Made by a program: the position numbers and the translations under genes. Below are positions 10,883-19,771 of a DNA stretch of 64,000 bases, in pieces. The notes under the pieces are model-generated. The model saw only the letters and a list, made by a program, of their open reading frames with translations, was not told the DNA's origin and made no database searches. This DNA comes from an uncultured Clostridia bacterium (GTDB taxonomy: Bacteria; Bacillota; Clostridia; TANB77; CAG-508): NCBI GenBank assembly GCA_947589015.1, contig CANPZF010000002.1, forward strand, positions 18,252 through 82,251, written 5' to 3'. Position 1 is the first letter of the stretch. Every line of letters starts with the position of its first letter.

Positions 10883-12604
10883 ATGGGAAAAAATTATATA
10901 TGTAGTGATATTCACGGAATGAAAGGATCATACGAAAATGCACTAAAACAATTAAAAGACGATGATAAATTATATATACTAGGAGATGCAATAGACAGAG
11001 GAGACGAAGGTATTCAAATACTAATAGATATAATGCAACATTCAGGAGAACAAGGGAAAAAACCAAAAATAGAATATATAATAGGAAATCACGATTTAAT
11101 GTTTATTGAGAATATGGAAACTATTATGAAGCACAAAATTGGTATAAAAAATCAAGCAGATTTAGATTTATGGCCTCAATTCGAAAAATTATGTTATGAA
11201 TTAGAATTAGCAAGATTAGGAGGAGAAGAGGGAAGAACAGAATTTGATACAATAAAAAAAAAAATTACATGGCTAAAAGACATATCATTTGAAGAAATGT
11301 TAGTTTTAGCTGAACACATATATAATGATGGAAGACATACAATATTTAACTTTATGAGAATGAAAGACAATGTACAAGAACAATTATATAATTTCATGGA
11401 AAATTGTTATATACAAAAACAAATCAACATAGAAGGAAAAAACTATGTAATAACTCATGCTGCTCCAATACCAGTGCCTACTAAAAATAATCAAGGTATA
11501 ACTTTAAAACAAGCAAGAAGCATGATACAATCAAATGCGACTACAAACATACAAAAAGATAAAAGAGGATTATACGATTATATATCAGCAAGAGGTACAC
11601 AAGCAGTTAAAGAATGGCAAAAATGGCATCAAAAAGGATACTATACAATATGCGGACACACGCCCAAAAGAGGAACTCCTGATATAGATTACAATTTAGG
11701 AAGAATTATTATAGATACAGAGACAGCATATAATGGAGACTTAGCATTAGTAAATATAGATGCTGGAGAACTTACAATGATTGGAACAAAAGGAACAATA
11801 AATGGCCAAAGCAAAGATTATAGACCCAACAGCTATGAAAATCAACGAAAGCTAGTAAAAGATTTTTTTAATAGTGTACCTATAGCTGCAAAAGAACAAA
11901 TACTTACTCGAAATATAACAACAAAAGAAATCAATATATTACAACAGACTCCAAAAGACGATAACATATATACATCAAAAATTAGTGATTTACCAGCCCA
12001 GAAATCATATGTCACAAAATATAAGGAAATGAAAAACAGAATGGAAAATGGAGAAAAACCAACTCAAGACGATTATAAAATATTAAATCAATTGTCTACG
12101 CAAAAATTAGATTCACAAATGTATACAGAGCAAGAAAGACAAACAAGAATCGAACTATTAAAATGGGGAAGAATCATAAAACAAACAAATCAACAAACAA
12201 CACAAGAACCTATTGCATCAGATACAGCAAAAATTAGTGATTTACCAGCTCAGAAATCATATGTTACAAAATATAAGGAAATGAAAAACAGAATGGAAAA
12301 TGGAGAAAAACCAACTCAAGATGATTATAAAATTTTAAATCAATTGTCTACACAAAAATTAGACCCACAAATGTATACATATCAAGAAGAACAAACAAGA
12401 ATCGAACTATTAGAATGGGGAGGAATCATAAAACAAACAAATCAACAATCAACACAAGAACTATTTACAGAAGATGACTATAGTGAAATATATAATTTAA
12501 CAGATATAGAACAAATAGATGCAATAATTCAAAAACTAAAAGAGCAAAAGAAAAAAATACAAAGCCAACAACAAGACGGACAAACACCAAATATGACAGA
12601 GTGA
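10883..12604 (+). CDS. Calcineurin-like metallophosphoesterase (Ser/Thr phosphatase-like) with tandem-repeat C-terminus
   Basis: SDIHG, GDAIDRGD and GNHD motifs; two 84-aa C-terminal repeats. Confidence 0.7.
   Translation: MGKNYICSDIHGMKGSYENALKQLKDDDKLYILGDAIDRGDEGIQILIDIMQHSGEQGKKPKIEYIIGNHDLMFIENMETIMKHKIGIKNQADLDLWPQFEKLCYELELARLGGEEGRTEFDTIKKKITWLKDISFEEMLVLAEHIYNDGRHTIFNFMRMKDNVQEQLYNFMENCYIQKQINIEGKNYVITHAAPIPVPTKNNQGITLKQARSMIQSNATTNIQKDKRGLYDYISARGTQAVKEWQKWHQKGYYTICGHTPKRGTPDIDYNLGRIIIDTETAYNGDLALVNIDAGELTMIGTKGTINGQSKDYRPNSYENQRKLVKDFFNSVPIAAKEQILTRNITTKEINILQQTPKDDNIYTSKISDLPAQKSYVTKYKEMKNRMENGEKPTQDDYKILNQLSTQKLDSQMYTEQERQTRIELLKWGRIIKQTNQQTTQEPIASDTAKISDLPAQKSYVTKYKEMKNRMENGEKPTQDDYKILNQLSTQKLDPQMYTYQEEQTRIELLEWGGIIKQTNQQSTQELFTEDDYSEIYNLTDIEQIDAIIQKLKEQKKKIQSQQQDGQTPNMTE
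11977..12460 (+). repeat. In-frame tandem duplication, 252-bp period, inside the phosphatase gene
   Basis: AAAATTAGTGATTTACCAGC(C/T)CAGAAATCATATGT... recurs 252 bp later (11981 vs 12233); protein repeat ISDLPAQKSYVTKYKEMKNRMENGEKPTQDDYKILNQLSTQKLD. Confidence 0.9.
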
Positions 12605-12620
12605 ATTAGGAGAAATACAT

Positions 12621-13064
12621 ATGGAAGAAAATTTCAAAGAATCATTAAGAGAAACTTATGAAATAATACAAAATAGTGAATCTGAAATAAAACAAAAGAT
12701 ACCAAAATCATTTCTAGAATTTATAAAAAATAATATGAGTAATGATTATAACAAAAATGAAATAATTTATAATACTAATTGGAAAGATTCTATAAGCGAC
12801 GACACTAAAGCAATAATAGCACTAATATATAGAGATTATCTTATTTCAGACGAAGAAAGAAATAAACTAATACAACAAGAAAAACAAAAACGATATATAT
12901 ATGAGAAGGAATTACGAGAGAAATATAATCCAGACAATATATTTAAACAAAGACAAAATAAAACAAATGACAACACAAACAATATAAACCTGCTGGAAAT
13001 TAAACAAACGTCATGGTTTAGGAGTATTCTAAATAAAATATTAAAATTTTTTAGAAAAAAATAA
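12621..13064 (+). CDS. Hypothetical protein (147 aa)
   Basis: ORF with GGAG RBS, tightly following the phosphatase gene; no recognisable motif. Confidence 0.5.
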   Translation: MEENFKESLRETYEIIQNSESEIKQKIPKSFLEFIKNNMSNDYNKNEIIYNTNWKDSISDDTKAIIALIYRDYLISDEERNKLIQQEKQKRYIYEKELREKYNPDNIFKQRQNKTNDNTNNINLLEIKQTSWFRSILNKILKFFRKK

Positions 13065-13230
13065 TAAAAAACAAAGAAAAAATGCCTATAATAATCATTT
13101 AATTTTGATTTATAATTTAGTTTTTCACAAGAAAAAGGTGTGTCATGGATACCTCTAGATTATTAATTCATAAAAAATGTAGTTTCCTCATAATTTTAAA
13201 TAAACAATTTAATTTTGTGAGGTAAGTATA

Positions 13231-13347
13231 ATGAAGAAAAATGAAGAAGTTATTATTATTTATGATAAAAATGCTGAAAATATTGAAAAAAAAATATTAA
13301 AAATATTTGAAAAATATTTGGAAATAAATATGTCTAAAATGGGCTAA
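13231..13347 (+). CDS. Small 38-aa ORF upstream of the recombinases (MKKNEEVIIIYDKNAENIEKKILKIFEKYLEINMSKMG)
   Basis: GAGGT RBS 8 nt upstream; followed by hairpin AAAATGCCTATGATAGGCATTTTTTT. Confidence 0.3.
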   Translation: MKKNEEVIIIYDKNAENIEKKILKIFEKYLEINMSKMG

Positions 13348-13478
13348 CAAAAATTTTATATATATTAAAATGCCTATGATAGGCATTTTTTTCTTCAGGG
13401 AGAAAAAGCCGAAAAATAATTACAATTTGAACTGTGTTAAAACTTAAATTTATGACTTGGAAAGGAATGTAATTAAAA

Positions 13479-15035
13479 ATGAGGACATATTATTCAAAAG
13501 TTGCAGCATATATAAGATTATCAAAAGAAGATGAAAAAGAAGGTGAAAGTGAGAGTGTAAGTAATCAAAAAGAATTAATAAAAAAATATATAGAACAGAA
13601 TAATTTAGGCAAATTTGAATTTTTTATTGATGATGGTTATAGTGGTGGCAATTTTGAAAGACCTAAATTTAAAGAACTAATAAATGAAATTGAAAATGGA
13701 AATATATCAACTGTTATAACAAAAGATACGTCAAGATTGGGAAGGGATTTTATAGAAACAAGTCATTATATGTTTAAATATTTTCCAGAACACAACATAA
13801 GGTATATTTCTATATTAGAAAACTTTGATACATTTAATCCAAACGGTGTGGAAGATATGATTCCATTTCAAACAATTATAAATGATTGGTACTTAAAAGA
13901 TACTTCTAAAAAAATAAAGAGTGTTAGACAAAATAAAATGAAACAAGGATTATATATGGGAAGTACTGTACCTTATGGATACAAAAGGTCAGAAGAAAAT
14001 AATTGTAAACTTGTGATAGATGAATATTCAAGTGAAATTGTAAAAAGAATTTTTAGTATGAGATTAGATGGAATTAGACCGACAATAATTGCTAGAACAC
14101 TATCAACTGAAAACATTTCTCCACCGTCAATATACAATGGTAGAAACATAAAAAAAACATATACAAGTTATTTATGGAGTGTCAGTACCATAAACCAAAT
14201 ATTAACCAATCAGATTTATATTGGAAATATGGTACAAAGAAAATTTGATAAGGTAAATTATAAAAGCAAAAAAAAGATAAAATTAAAACAAGAAGATTGG
14301 ATTATTGTTGAAAGCTGTGTCCCACAAATAATAAGTAAAGAAGATTTTGATAATGTAAAAAGAATGACAAAAAATAATGATAGTAGATGTGCGAAAGGAT
14401 ATAGTTATTTATTAAAAGGATTAGTTGTCTGTGGTGATTGTGGTAAAGTAATGGCAGTTAGAAGAAGAATAAATAAAAGGAAGATTAAAGAAGCTAATAT
14501 AGAAACTTACTATTGTTGTTCTAATAATATACGATACAGACATGGAGTTTGTAGTTTACATTATTTTCAAGAACAAAAATTAAATGATATAGTTATTAGT
14601 TACTTAAGAGATACACTTAATAAATATGCTAATAAAAAAGATTTTAAAAAAATAGGTGAACAAAAACAAAGAAATATGTGTGAAACACAGAATATAAACA
14701 ATGAAATTATTAAATACAATAAAAAAATAGATAATTTAAAAGAAGCAATAAAAAACTTGTATGTAGATAAAGTAAATAATCTTATATCTGAGGATGAATT
14801 TATAGAGTTAAAAAGGCAAATTGAAGATGATAAAAATAATTATATAGAAAAAGTAACTAAACTAAACAAAATGGTGAAAGAAAACACCACCAATAGCCAT
14901 TTAATTGAAAAGAAAATAAAAGAATTTTTGGAATTAGAGAAAATCAATAAGCAAATTTTAATGGAATTAATACAAAAAATTGAAATAATGAAAGATAAAA
15001 AAGTAAAGATATTTGTAAAATATAATTTAGATTAA
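13479..15035 (+). CDS. Large serine recombinase (resolvase/invertase N-domain, recombinase domain, zinc ribbon, coiled coil)
   Basis: AAYIRLSKED...SNQ...DDGYSGGNFERP...TKDTSRLGRD catalytic domain; CGDCG zinc ribbon. Confidence 0.9.
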   Translation: MRTYYSKVAAYIRLSKEDEKEGESESVSNQKELIKKYIEQNNLGKFEFFIDDGYSGGNFERPKFKELINEIENGNISTVITKDTSRLGRDFIETSHYMFKYFPEHNIRYISILENFDTFNPNGVEDMIPFQTIINDWYLKDTSKKIKSVRQNKMKQGLYMGSTVPYGYKRSEENNCKLVIDEYSSEIVKRIFSMRLDGIRPTIIARTLSTENISPPSIYNGRNIKKTYTSYLWSVSTINQILTNQIYIGNMVQRKFDKVNYKSKKKIKLKQEDWIIVESCVPQIISKEDFDNVKRMTKNNDSRCAKGYSYLLKGLVVCGDCGKVMAVRRRINKRKIKEANIETYYCCSNNIRYRHGVCSLHYFQEQKLNDIVISYLRDTLNKYANKKDFKKIGEQKQRNMCETQNINNEIIKYNKKIDNLKEAIKNLYVDKVNNLISEDEFIELKRQIEDDKNNYIEKVTKLNKMVKENTTNSHLIEKKIKEFLELEKINKQILMELIQKIEIMKDKKVKIFVKYNLD

Positions 15036-15050
15036 GGAGTATTTATAAAA

Positions 15051-16592
15051 TTGAATTGCGCTTATATTAGACTATCAGAAGAAGATGTAGAAAAATCTAA
15101 AGACTTTTCAGATAGTATATTGAATCAAATTGAATTAATAGAAGAATATGCAACGAAAAACAATATACATATAGATAAAAAATATATTGATGAAGGTTAT
15201 TCAGGAATTAATTTTGCAAGACCTGCATTTGAAAAAATGTTGAAAGAAATAGAACAGGACAATATTGGAACAATCATTACAAAAGATTTTTCAAGATTGG
15301 GTAGGGAATATATTGAAACTAGTTTTTATATTACACGCTTTTTTCCAGAACATAATATTCGATATATTGCTATAAACGAAGATTATGATAGTGTAAAAAA
15401 AGATAATGACACTAAAGAAATGATGGTTGGTATAAAAGGAATATTAAATGATTACTATATTAAAGACACGTCAAAAAAAATCAAAGCAGTTAAAGAACAA
15501 AAAGTAGAACAAGGAAATTATATGGGATTTATAGCACCATATGGATATATAAGAATAAAAAATCCAGAAGGAAGAATAACTTTAGAAATAGATGAAAATG
15601 TTGTGAAAATTGTAGAATTTATTTTTGAAAGTATAATAGAAGGAAAAAGAAGAAAAGATGTGGCAAATATATTGAACTCTAAAAATATACCTTCACCAAT
15701 GCAATATATGAATATGACTAAAGCAGCAGGCAAAAATTATTATGATAGGTGGACATCTGGGATAATATACAGAATCATTAGAAATCGAACATATACAGGT
15801 GTTACATATAAAAGAAAATCATCAAAAAAAGATTATAGACAAAAAAAGAGAAATTACATAAAGCCAATAGATAGAGAAATTATACAAAATACCCATGTAG
15901 CAATAATTGATGAAAAAACATTTGAAAAGGCTAATTATATGATAAAGACTTTTAAACCCAAGAAAAACAGAGTAGAAGATTACAAAGGAGTTTTAAATGG
16001 ATTAGTCAGATGTGGAGAATGTGGAAAAACATTAAATGTTAGTGGTAGAAAAAAAGAAAGTGGAAAGATAGTTTATAGTTTTTATTGTACTGATGGTAAA
16101 AATGGAAATAAGAATTGTAATAATACAAAGATAATTTTTACTAATAAATTAGAAAATATTGTATATGAATTTCTAATAAGTGAAATGAAAAATTTAATGG
16201 AAGAAAAAATAATAGAAAAATCCAATGAATATATAACCAAAAAAAGAAAAATAAAAAATGAAATAGAAATGTTAAAAAAAGAAATCGAAATAAAAAAATT
16301 AAATATAAAAGATTTATATTTACAAAAAGTAAAAAATCAAATAACTGCAGAGTTTTTTGTTCAAAAAAGACATGATGAAATAGAACAAATTAAAGAAAAA
16401 GAAAATAAAATTGCACAAATATCTGAAATTATTGAAACGAAGCAACAAAAACAAGAAGTTAGAGAGCAATATGATAAATTTAAAAATAAAAATAATTTAA
16501 TGAAATATATAAATGAATTAGTAAAACAAATTAATTTCTATAGTGATAGAAAAATTGAGATTATATTAAAATACGGAAAATTACGAGAATAA
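15051..16592 (+). CDS. Large serine recombinase, second tandem copy
   Basis: TTG start; CAYIRLSEED...DEGYSGINFARP...TKDFSRLGRE; CGECG zinc ribbon; paralogous to the upstream gene. Confidence 0.9.
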   Translation: MNCAYIRLSEEDVEKSKDFSDSILNQIELIEEYATKNNIHIDKKYIDEGYSGINFARPAFEKMLKEIEQDNIGTIITKDFSRLGREYIETSFYITRFFPEHNIRYIAINEDYDSVKKDNDTKEMMVGIKGILNDYYIKDTSKKIKAVKEQKVEQGNYMGFIAPYGYIRIKNPEGRITLEIDENVVKIVEFIFESIIEGKRRKDVANILNSKNIPSPMQYMNMTKAAGKNYYDRWTSGIIYRIIRNRTYTGVTYKRKSSKKDYRQKKRNYIKPIDREIIQNTHVAIIDEKTFEKANYMIKTFKPKKNRVEDYKGVLNGLVRCGECGKTLNVSGRKKESGKIVYSFYCTDGKNGNKNCNNTKIIFTNKLENIVYEFLISEMKNLMEEKIIEKSNEYITKKRKIKNEIEMLKKEIEIKKLNIKDLYLQKVKNQITAEFFVQKRHDEIEQIKEKENKIAQISEIIETKQQKQEVREQYDKFKNKNNLMKYINELVKQINFYSDRKIEIILKYGKLRE

Positions 16593-16615
16593 TATATTAT
16601 CATAGCAATAACAAC

Positions 16616-16662
16616 TATAAGCATTTTCGCATATTCTAAGTTTGTAACCATTATCATGTAAC
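16616..16662 (+). repeat. Partial family B element (right end only), direct repeat of 10748-10794
   Basis: TATAAGCATTTTCGCATATTCTAAGTTTGTAACCATTATCATGTAAC matches 10748-10794 at 44 of 47 positions. Confidence 0.85.
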
Positions 16663-16691
16663 AACAAATAATAAAAAATTAAGAAAAAATG

Positions 16692-16720
16692 TTGCAATAA
16701 AAAAATAAATATATTATAAT
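16692..16720 (+). promoter_or_regulatory. Sigma-A-type promoter for the sortase-substrate operon
   Basis: TTGCAA, 17 nt, TATAAT. Confidence 0.5.
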
Positions 16721-16749
16721 AAGGTAAGTTTATATAAGGAGGATTAAAA

Positions 16750-17280
16750 ATGAAAAAAGCATTAACAGTAGCAGTATTATTTGTTATGCTAATGGCAGTA
16801 GCTATGACAGCTGTATATGCTTCAACATCTAAAAGCCTATCAAATGATTTATATGCAATTGGATCTAAATATGGTATGGATGCAGGGTATAAAAATCAAG
16901 TAGATATGGTTTTAGCTAGTGTTGGAGAATTATCTGATGCAGACTGTGATAGAATAGTTGCATTAGCAAATCAAGCAGCTAAAATTATGGATGACAATGG
17001 GCTAAAAAACTACGACGAATTAAAAGCTGCATCAACAGAGATTAAAGATCAATTAGAATCTTTAGCAGTTGAAGCAGGAAATATTGCCGGAGTATCAGTA
17101 GTATTTAAATCAGCAAATGTTGAAGTCTATAATAAAGCTACAGGAAAATTAATTACAACACTTACACAAAGTGAAAAAGCAGCTTATACAGGTTCTAATG
17201 CAACAGTAGCTATTTCTTTAACAGTAATTGCTTTAGTAGCTACAACAGCAATTGTAACAAAAAAAAGATTAGCTGCATAG
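16750..17280 (+). CDS. Secreted protein with C-terminal sorting-signal-like tail (putative sortase substrate)
   Basis: Signal peptide MKKALTVAVLFVMLMAVAMTAVYA; C-terminus AAYTGSNATVAISLTVIALVATTAIVTKKRLAA (xxxTG, hydrophobic stretch, basic tail). Confidence 0.55.
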   Translation: MKKALTVAVLFVMLMAVAMTAVYASTSKSLSNDLYAIGSKYGMDAGYKNQVDMVLASVGELSDADCDRIVALANQAAKIMDDNGLKNYDELKAASTEIKDQLESLAVEAGNIAGVSVVFKSANVEVYNKATGKLITTLTQSEKAAYTGSNATVAISLTVIALVATTAIVTKKRLAA

Positions 17281-17418
17281 TAAAAATTTAAGTGTAAATA
17301 TAAAAAAGTAACTATGATGAAAATAGTTACTTTTTTATTTATATTATTAATATAAAGGTATTGAAAACGAATGATAGAAATGATATTATATTCAAAGTAA
17401 ATATAGGGAGGAAAAGTA

Positions 17419-18048
17419 ATGTTTGGAAAAAAGGTTATTACAAGAACAATAAAAGCTACAATTATAAATATTATTATGGCGATACTTATTACAGTGGCTT
17501 TTATTTATATAATTCAATTATTTTTTGGTAAAGAAATAAATGAAGGAGTTTCTTTGATAAATATGATGTCAGTAGAAGTAGCAAATATAAAACTAGAAGA
17601 AGCTACAATAGATGAGGAAGAAAGCAGATTACAAAATTATCCAGAATATGGAACACAATATGCTACAATTAAAATACCAAAGATTGATGTAAATTTACCA
17701 GTTTATTATGGAAACACATTGGATATTTTGAAAAAAGGCGTAGGGCAAAGCGGTGGAAGCTACTTCCCAGGCGAAGGTGGCTCAATAATATATATGGGGC
17801 ATAACTCAGCTAATGTATTTAGAAGATTTTCAGAGTTACAAAAAGGAAATGAAATAATAGTAACAACATCATATGGTGAATATAAATATAAGATATATGA
17901 TATGCAAATAATTAAAGAAACCGAAATGGAAAAATTGCCAATTCAAAGAGACAGAGAAATATTAATGGTATACACTTGCTATCCATTTAGAAATATAGGA
18001 TATACAACACAAAGATATGTAGTATATGCAGAACCAGTAGAAAAATAA
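17419..18048 (+). CDS. Sortase-family transpeptidase
   Basis: N-terminal TM; IIYMGHNS (His) and MVYTCYPF (Cys) motifs; conserved Arg near the C-terminus (TTQRYVVYA). Confidence 0.75.
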   Translation: MFGKKVITRTIKATIINIIMAILITVAFIYIIQLFFGKEINEGVSLINMMSVEVANIKLEEATIDEEESRLQNYPEYGTQYATIKIPKIDVNLPVYYGNTLDILKKGVGQSGGSYFPGEGGSIIYMGHNSANVFRRFSELQKGNEIIVTTSYGEYKYKIYDMQIIKETEMEKLPIQRDREILMVYTCYPFRNIGYTTQRYVVYAEPVEK

Positions 18049-18109
18049 AAGGAGAAAGGTTGAAGAATAATCTAATTCTTTTCCAACCAGATTTGTGCTT
18101 TAGAAAGGA

Positions 18110-18979
18110 ATGAATTTAAAAATGAAAGTTGTAAAAAATATATTTAGATATATAATGGCAATTATTTTAGCAATGTCAATAGTTGTATTATTAGTAATAA
18201 ACTTAGCTTCATCTACGATATTAAATCAAAATTATATAACAAAGCAACTAGAAAAAGCAGACTATTATAATAAAATATATGAACTAATATACTCAAATTT
18301 TGAAAACTACATATATCAATCTGGATTAGATAAAGAAGTTTTAGAAAATTTAGTAACTGTAGAGAAAATAAAGAACGATACAAATACTATAATAATGAAT
18401 GTATATAGTGGGATTACAGAAGAAATTGATATACAAGAATTAAAAGACCAAATGAGTAATAATATAGAAAAGTCAGTACAAAGCATATATGGTAGAAGTT
18501 TAAGCGTAACAGAGAAAAAATCAGTTGACGATTTAATAGAAAAATTGGCTAAAGAATATACAGACACCATATTCTATTTTAACATAGAAAAACAAATAAA
18601 TAATGTATATTCAAAAGTAGTTAAAATACTTGACATGGTGAAAGCAGCATTATGTATAACAATAGGAGTTGCTATTATAATGTTAATATTACTATCATTA
18701 AGAAGAATTTACAAAATATTTACAATGTCTGGAATAGCACTTATTTCATCAGGACTATTTTTTGTAATAGCAAATTATGTAATAAATTCAAAAATAAAAA
18801 TACAGACAATAACAATATATAACGATGCAATATCAACAGTAATAAGAAATATAGGAAGTAATATATTAGCAAGTATAAATACGTATGGAATAATACTTCT
18901 TATATCAGGAATAGCATTGGTAGTAATATCAAACTTAGTACATAATATAATAAAACAAAAATATATGGAAGAAGAGTAG
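18110..18979 (+). CDS. Hypothetical membrane protein
   Basis: N-terminal TM, soluble middle region, 3-4 C-terminal TM segments; no recognised family. Confidence 0.5.
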   Translation: MNLKMKVVKNIFRYIMAIILAMSIVVLLVINLASSTILNQNYITKQLEKADYYNKIYELIYSNFENYIYQSGLDKEVLENLVTVEKIKNDTNTIIMNVYSGITEEIDIQELKDQMSNNIEKSVQSIYGRSLSVTEKKSVDDLIEKLAKEYTDTIFYFNIEKQINNVYSKVVKILDMVKAALCITIGVAIIMLILLSLRRIYKIFTMSGIALISSGLFFVIANYVINSKIKIQTITIYNDAISTVIRNIGSNILASINTYGIILLISGIALVVISNLVHNIIKQKYMEEE

Positions 18980-19076
18980 ATAAAAGTAATATTAAATGTA
19001 GATTCTTCTGATAGGTATTTTTTCTTCAGGGAGAAAAAGAATAGTATGTTCATTTATAAAAAACTGTACAAAATTA

Positions 19077-19601
19077 TTGTCAGCAGATGGTGACAGAAAA
19101 TATAGTGAAAAATCATATAAATATTATAAAAAATTGGGATTAAATGCTATTGTAAAAAATATACCTGAATACAAGCAACCTAAAGTAGCCTATAAATTAC
19201 TTGAAATATATCAACCAGATATTTTAGTAATTACAGGGCATGATGGTATGATAAAAAGAGAAACTAAGTATAATGACATATATAATTATAGAAATTCTAA
19301 ATATTTTATTAGTACTGTGCAAGAAGCAAGAAGATATGATAGAGAAAAAAAGAAGAATACAGTTATATTTGCTGGTGCTTGTCAAAGCTATTTTGAAGCA
19401 TTAATTTTAGCAGGCGCAAATTTTGCATCTTCACCAGCAAGAATATTAATAGATTTTTTAGATCCTCTTATAGTGGCTGAAAAAATAGCATGTACAGAAC
19501 ATTATAAATATGTTACTATTGATGATATTGCATCAGAATTAAGAGATGGAAAAAAGGGTGTTAGTGGAGTTGGAGCAAAAGGAAAAATGAAAAAAGAATG
19601 A
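19077..19601 (+). CDS. yabG: Sporulation-specific protease YabG, 3' segment of the split gene (authentic coding from about 19086)
   Basis: ...QPDILVITGHDGM...YRNSKYFISTVQEARRYD...VIFAGACQSYFEALILAGANFASSPARILIDFLDP parallels the B. subtilis YabG C-terminal half; veg follows as in B. subtilis. Confidence 0.85.
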   Translation: MSADGDRKYSEKSYKYYKKLGLNAIVKNIPEYKQPKVAYKLLEIYQPDILVITGHDGMIKRETKYNDIYNYRNSKYFISTVQEARRYDREKKKNTVIFAGACQSYFEALILAGANFASSPARILIDFLDPLIVAEKIACTEHYKYVTIDDIASELRDGKKGVSGVGAKGKMKKE

Positions 19602-19713
19602 TATATTACAAACCTGTAATATAAATGTAATATAAATGTAAAAAATAAAAAATTACACCAAGATATTACCTAAAAATAGCCAAAAATTGGAATTCGATAC
19701 AAACATACACTTT

Positions 19714-19742
19714 TTGACAATTTGTGCATCAGATGCTATAAT
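19714..19742 (+). promoter_or_regulatory. Strong sigma-A promoter of veg
   Basis: TTGACA, 17 nt, TGcTATAAT (extended -10). Confidence 0.7.
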
Positions 19743-19771
19743 TTACTCATCTTAAGGGAGTAGGTGATTGT

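Larger units (their letters stand above)
10611..19090 (+). mobile_element. Intervening (skin-like) element interrupting yabG, 8,480 bp
   Basis: Shared AGATGG at 10605-10610 and 19085-19090; deleting 10611-19090 joins the yabG halves in frame; carries two large serine recombinases. Confidence 0.8.

Noticed and set aside
10273-19601. Possibility that the yabG split is just another frameshift or assembly artefact
   Set aside because: The two halves are separated by 8.5 kb of coherent, gene-dense DNA with recombinases. The junctions share a 6-bp core and restore the frame exactly. This is not a 1-nt indel like the other broken genes.
19621-19650. Short tandem repeat TGTAATATAAA x2.6 downstream of yabG
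   Set aside because: It is a very short AT-rich repeat in a terminator-less spacer and is likely trivial.
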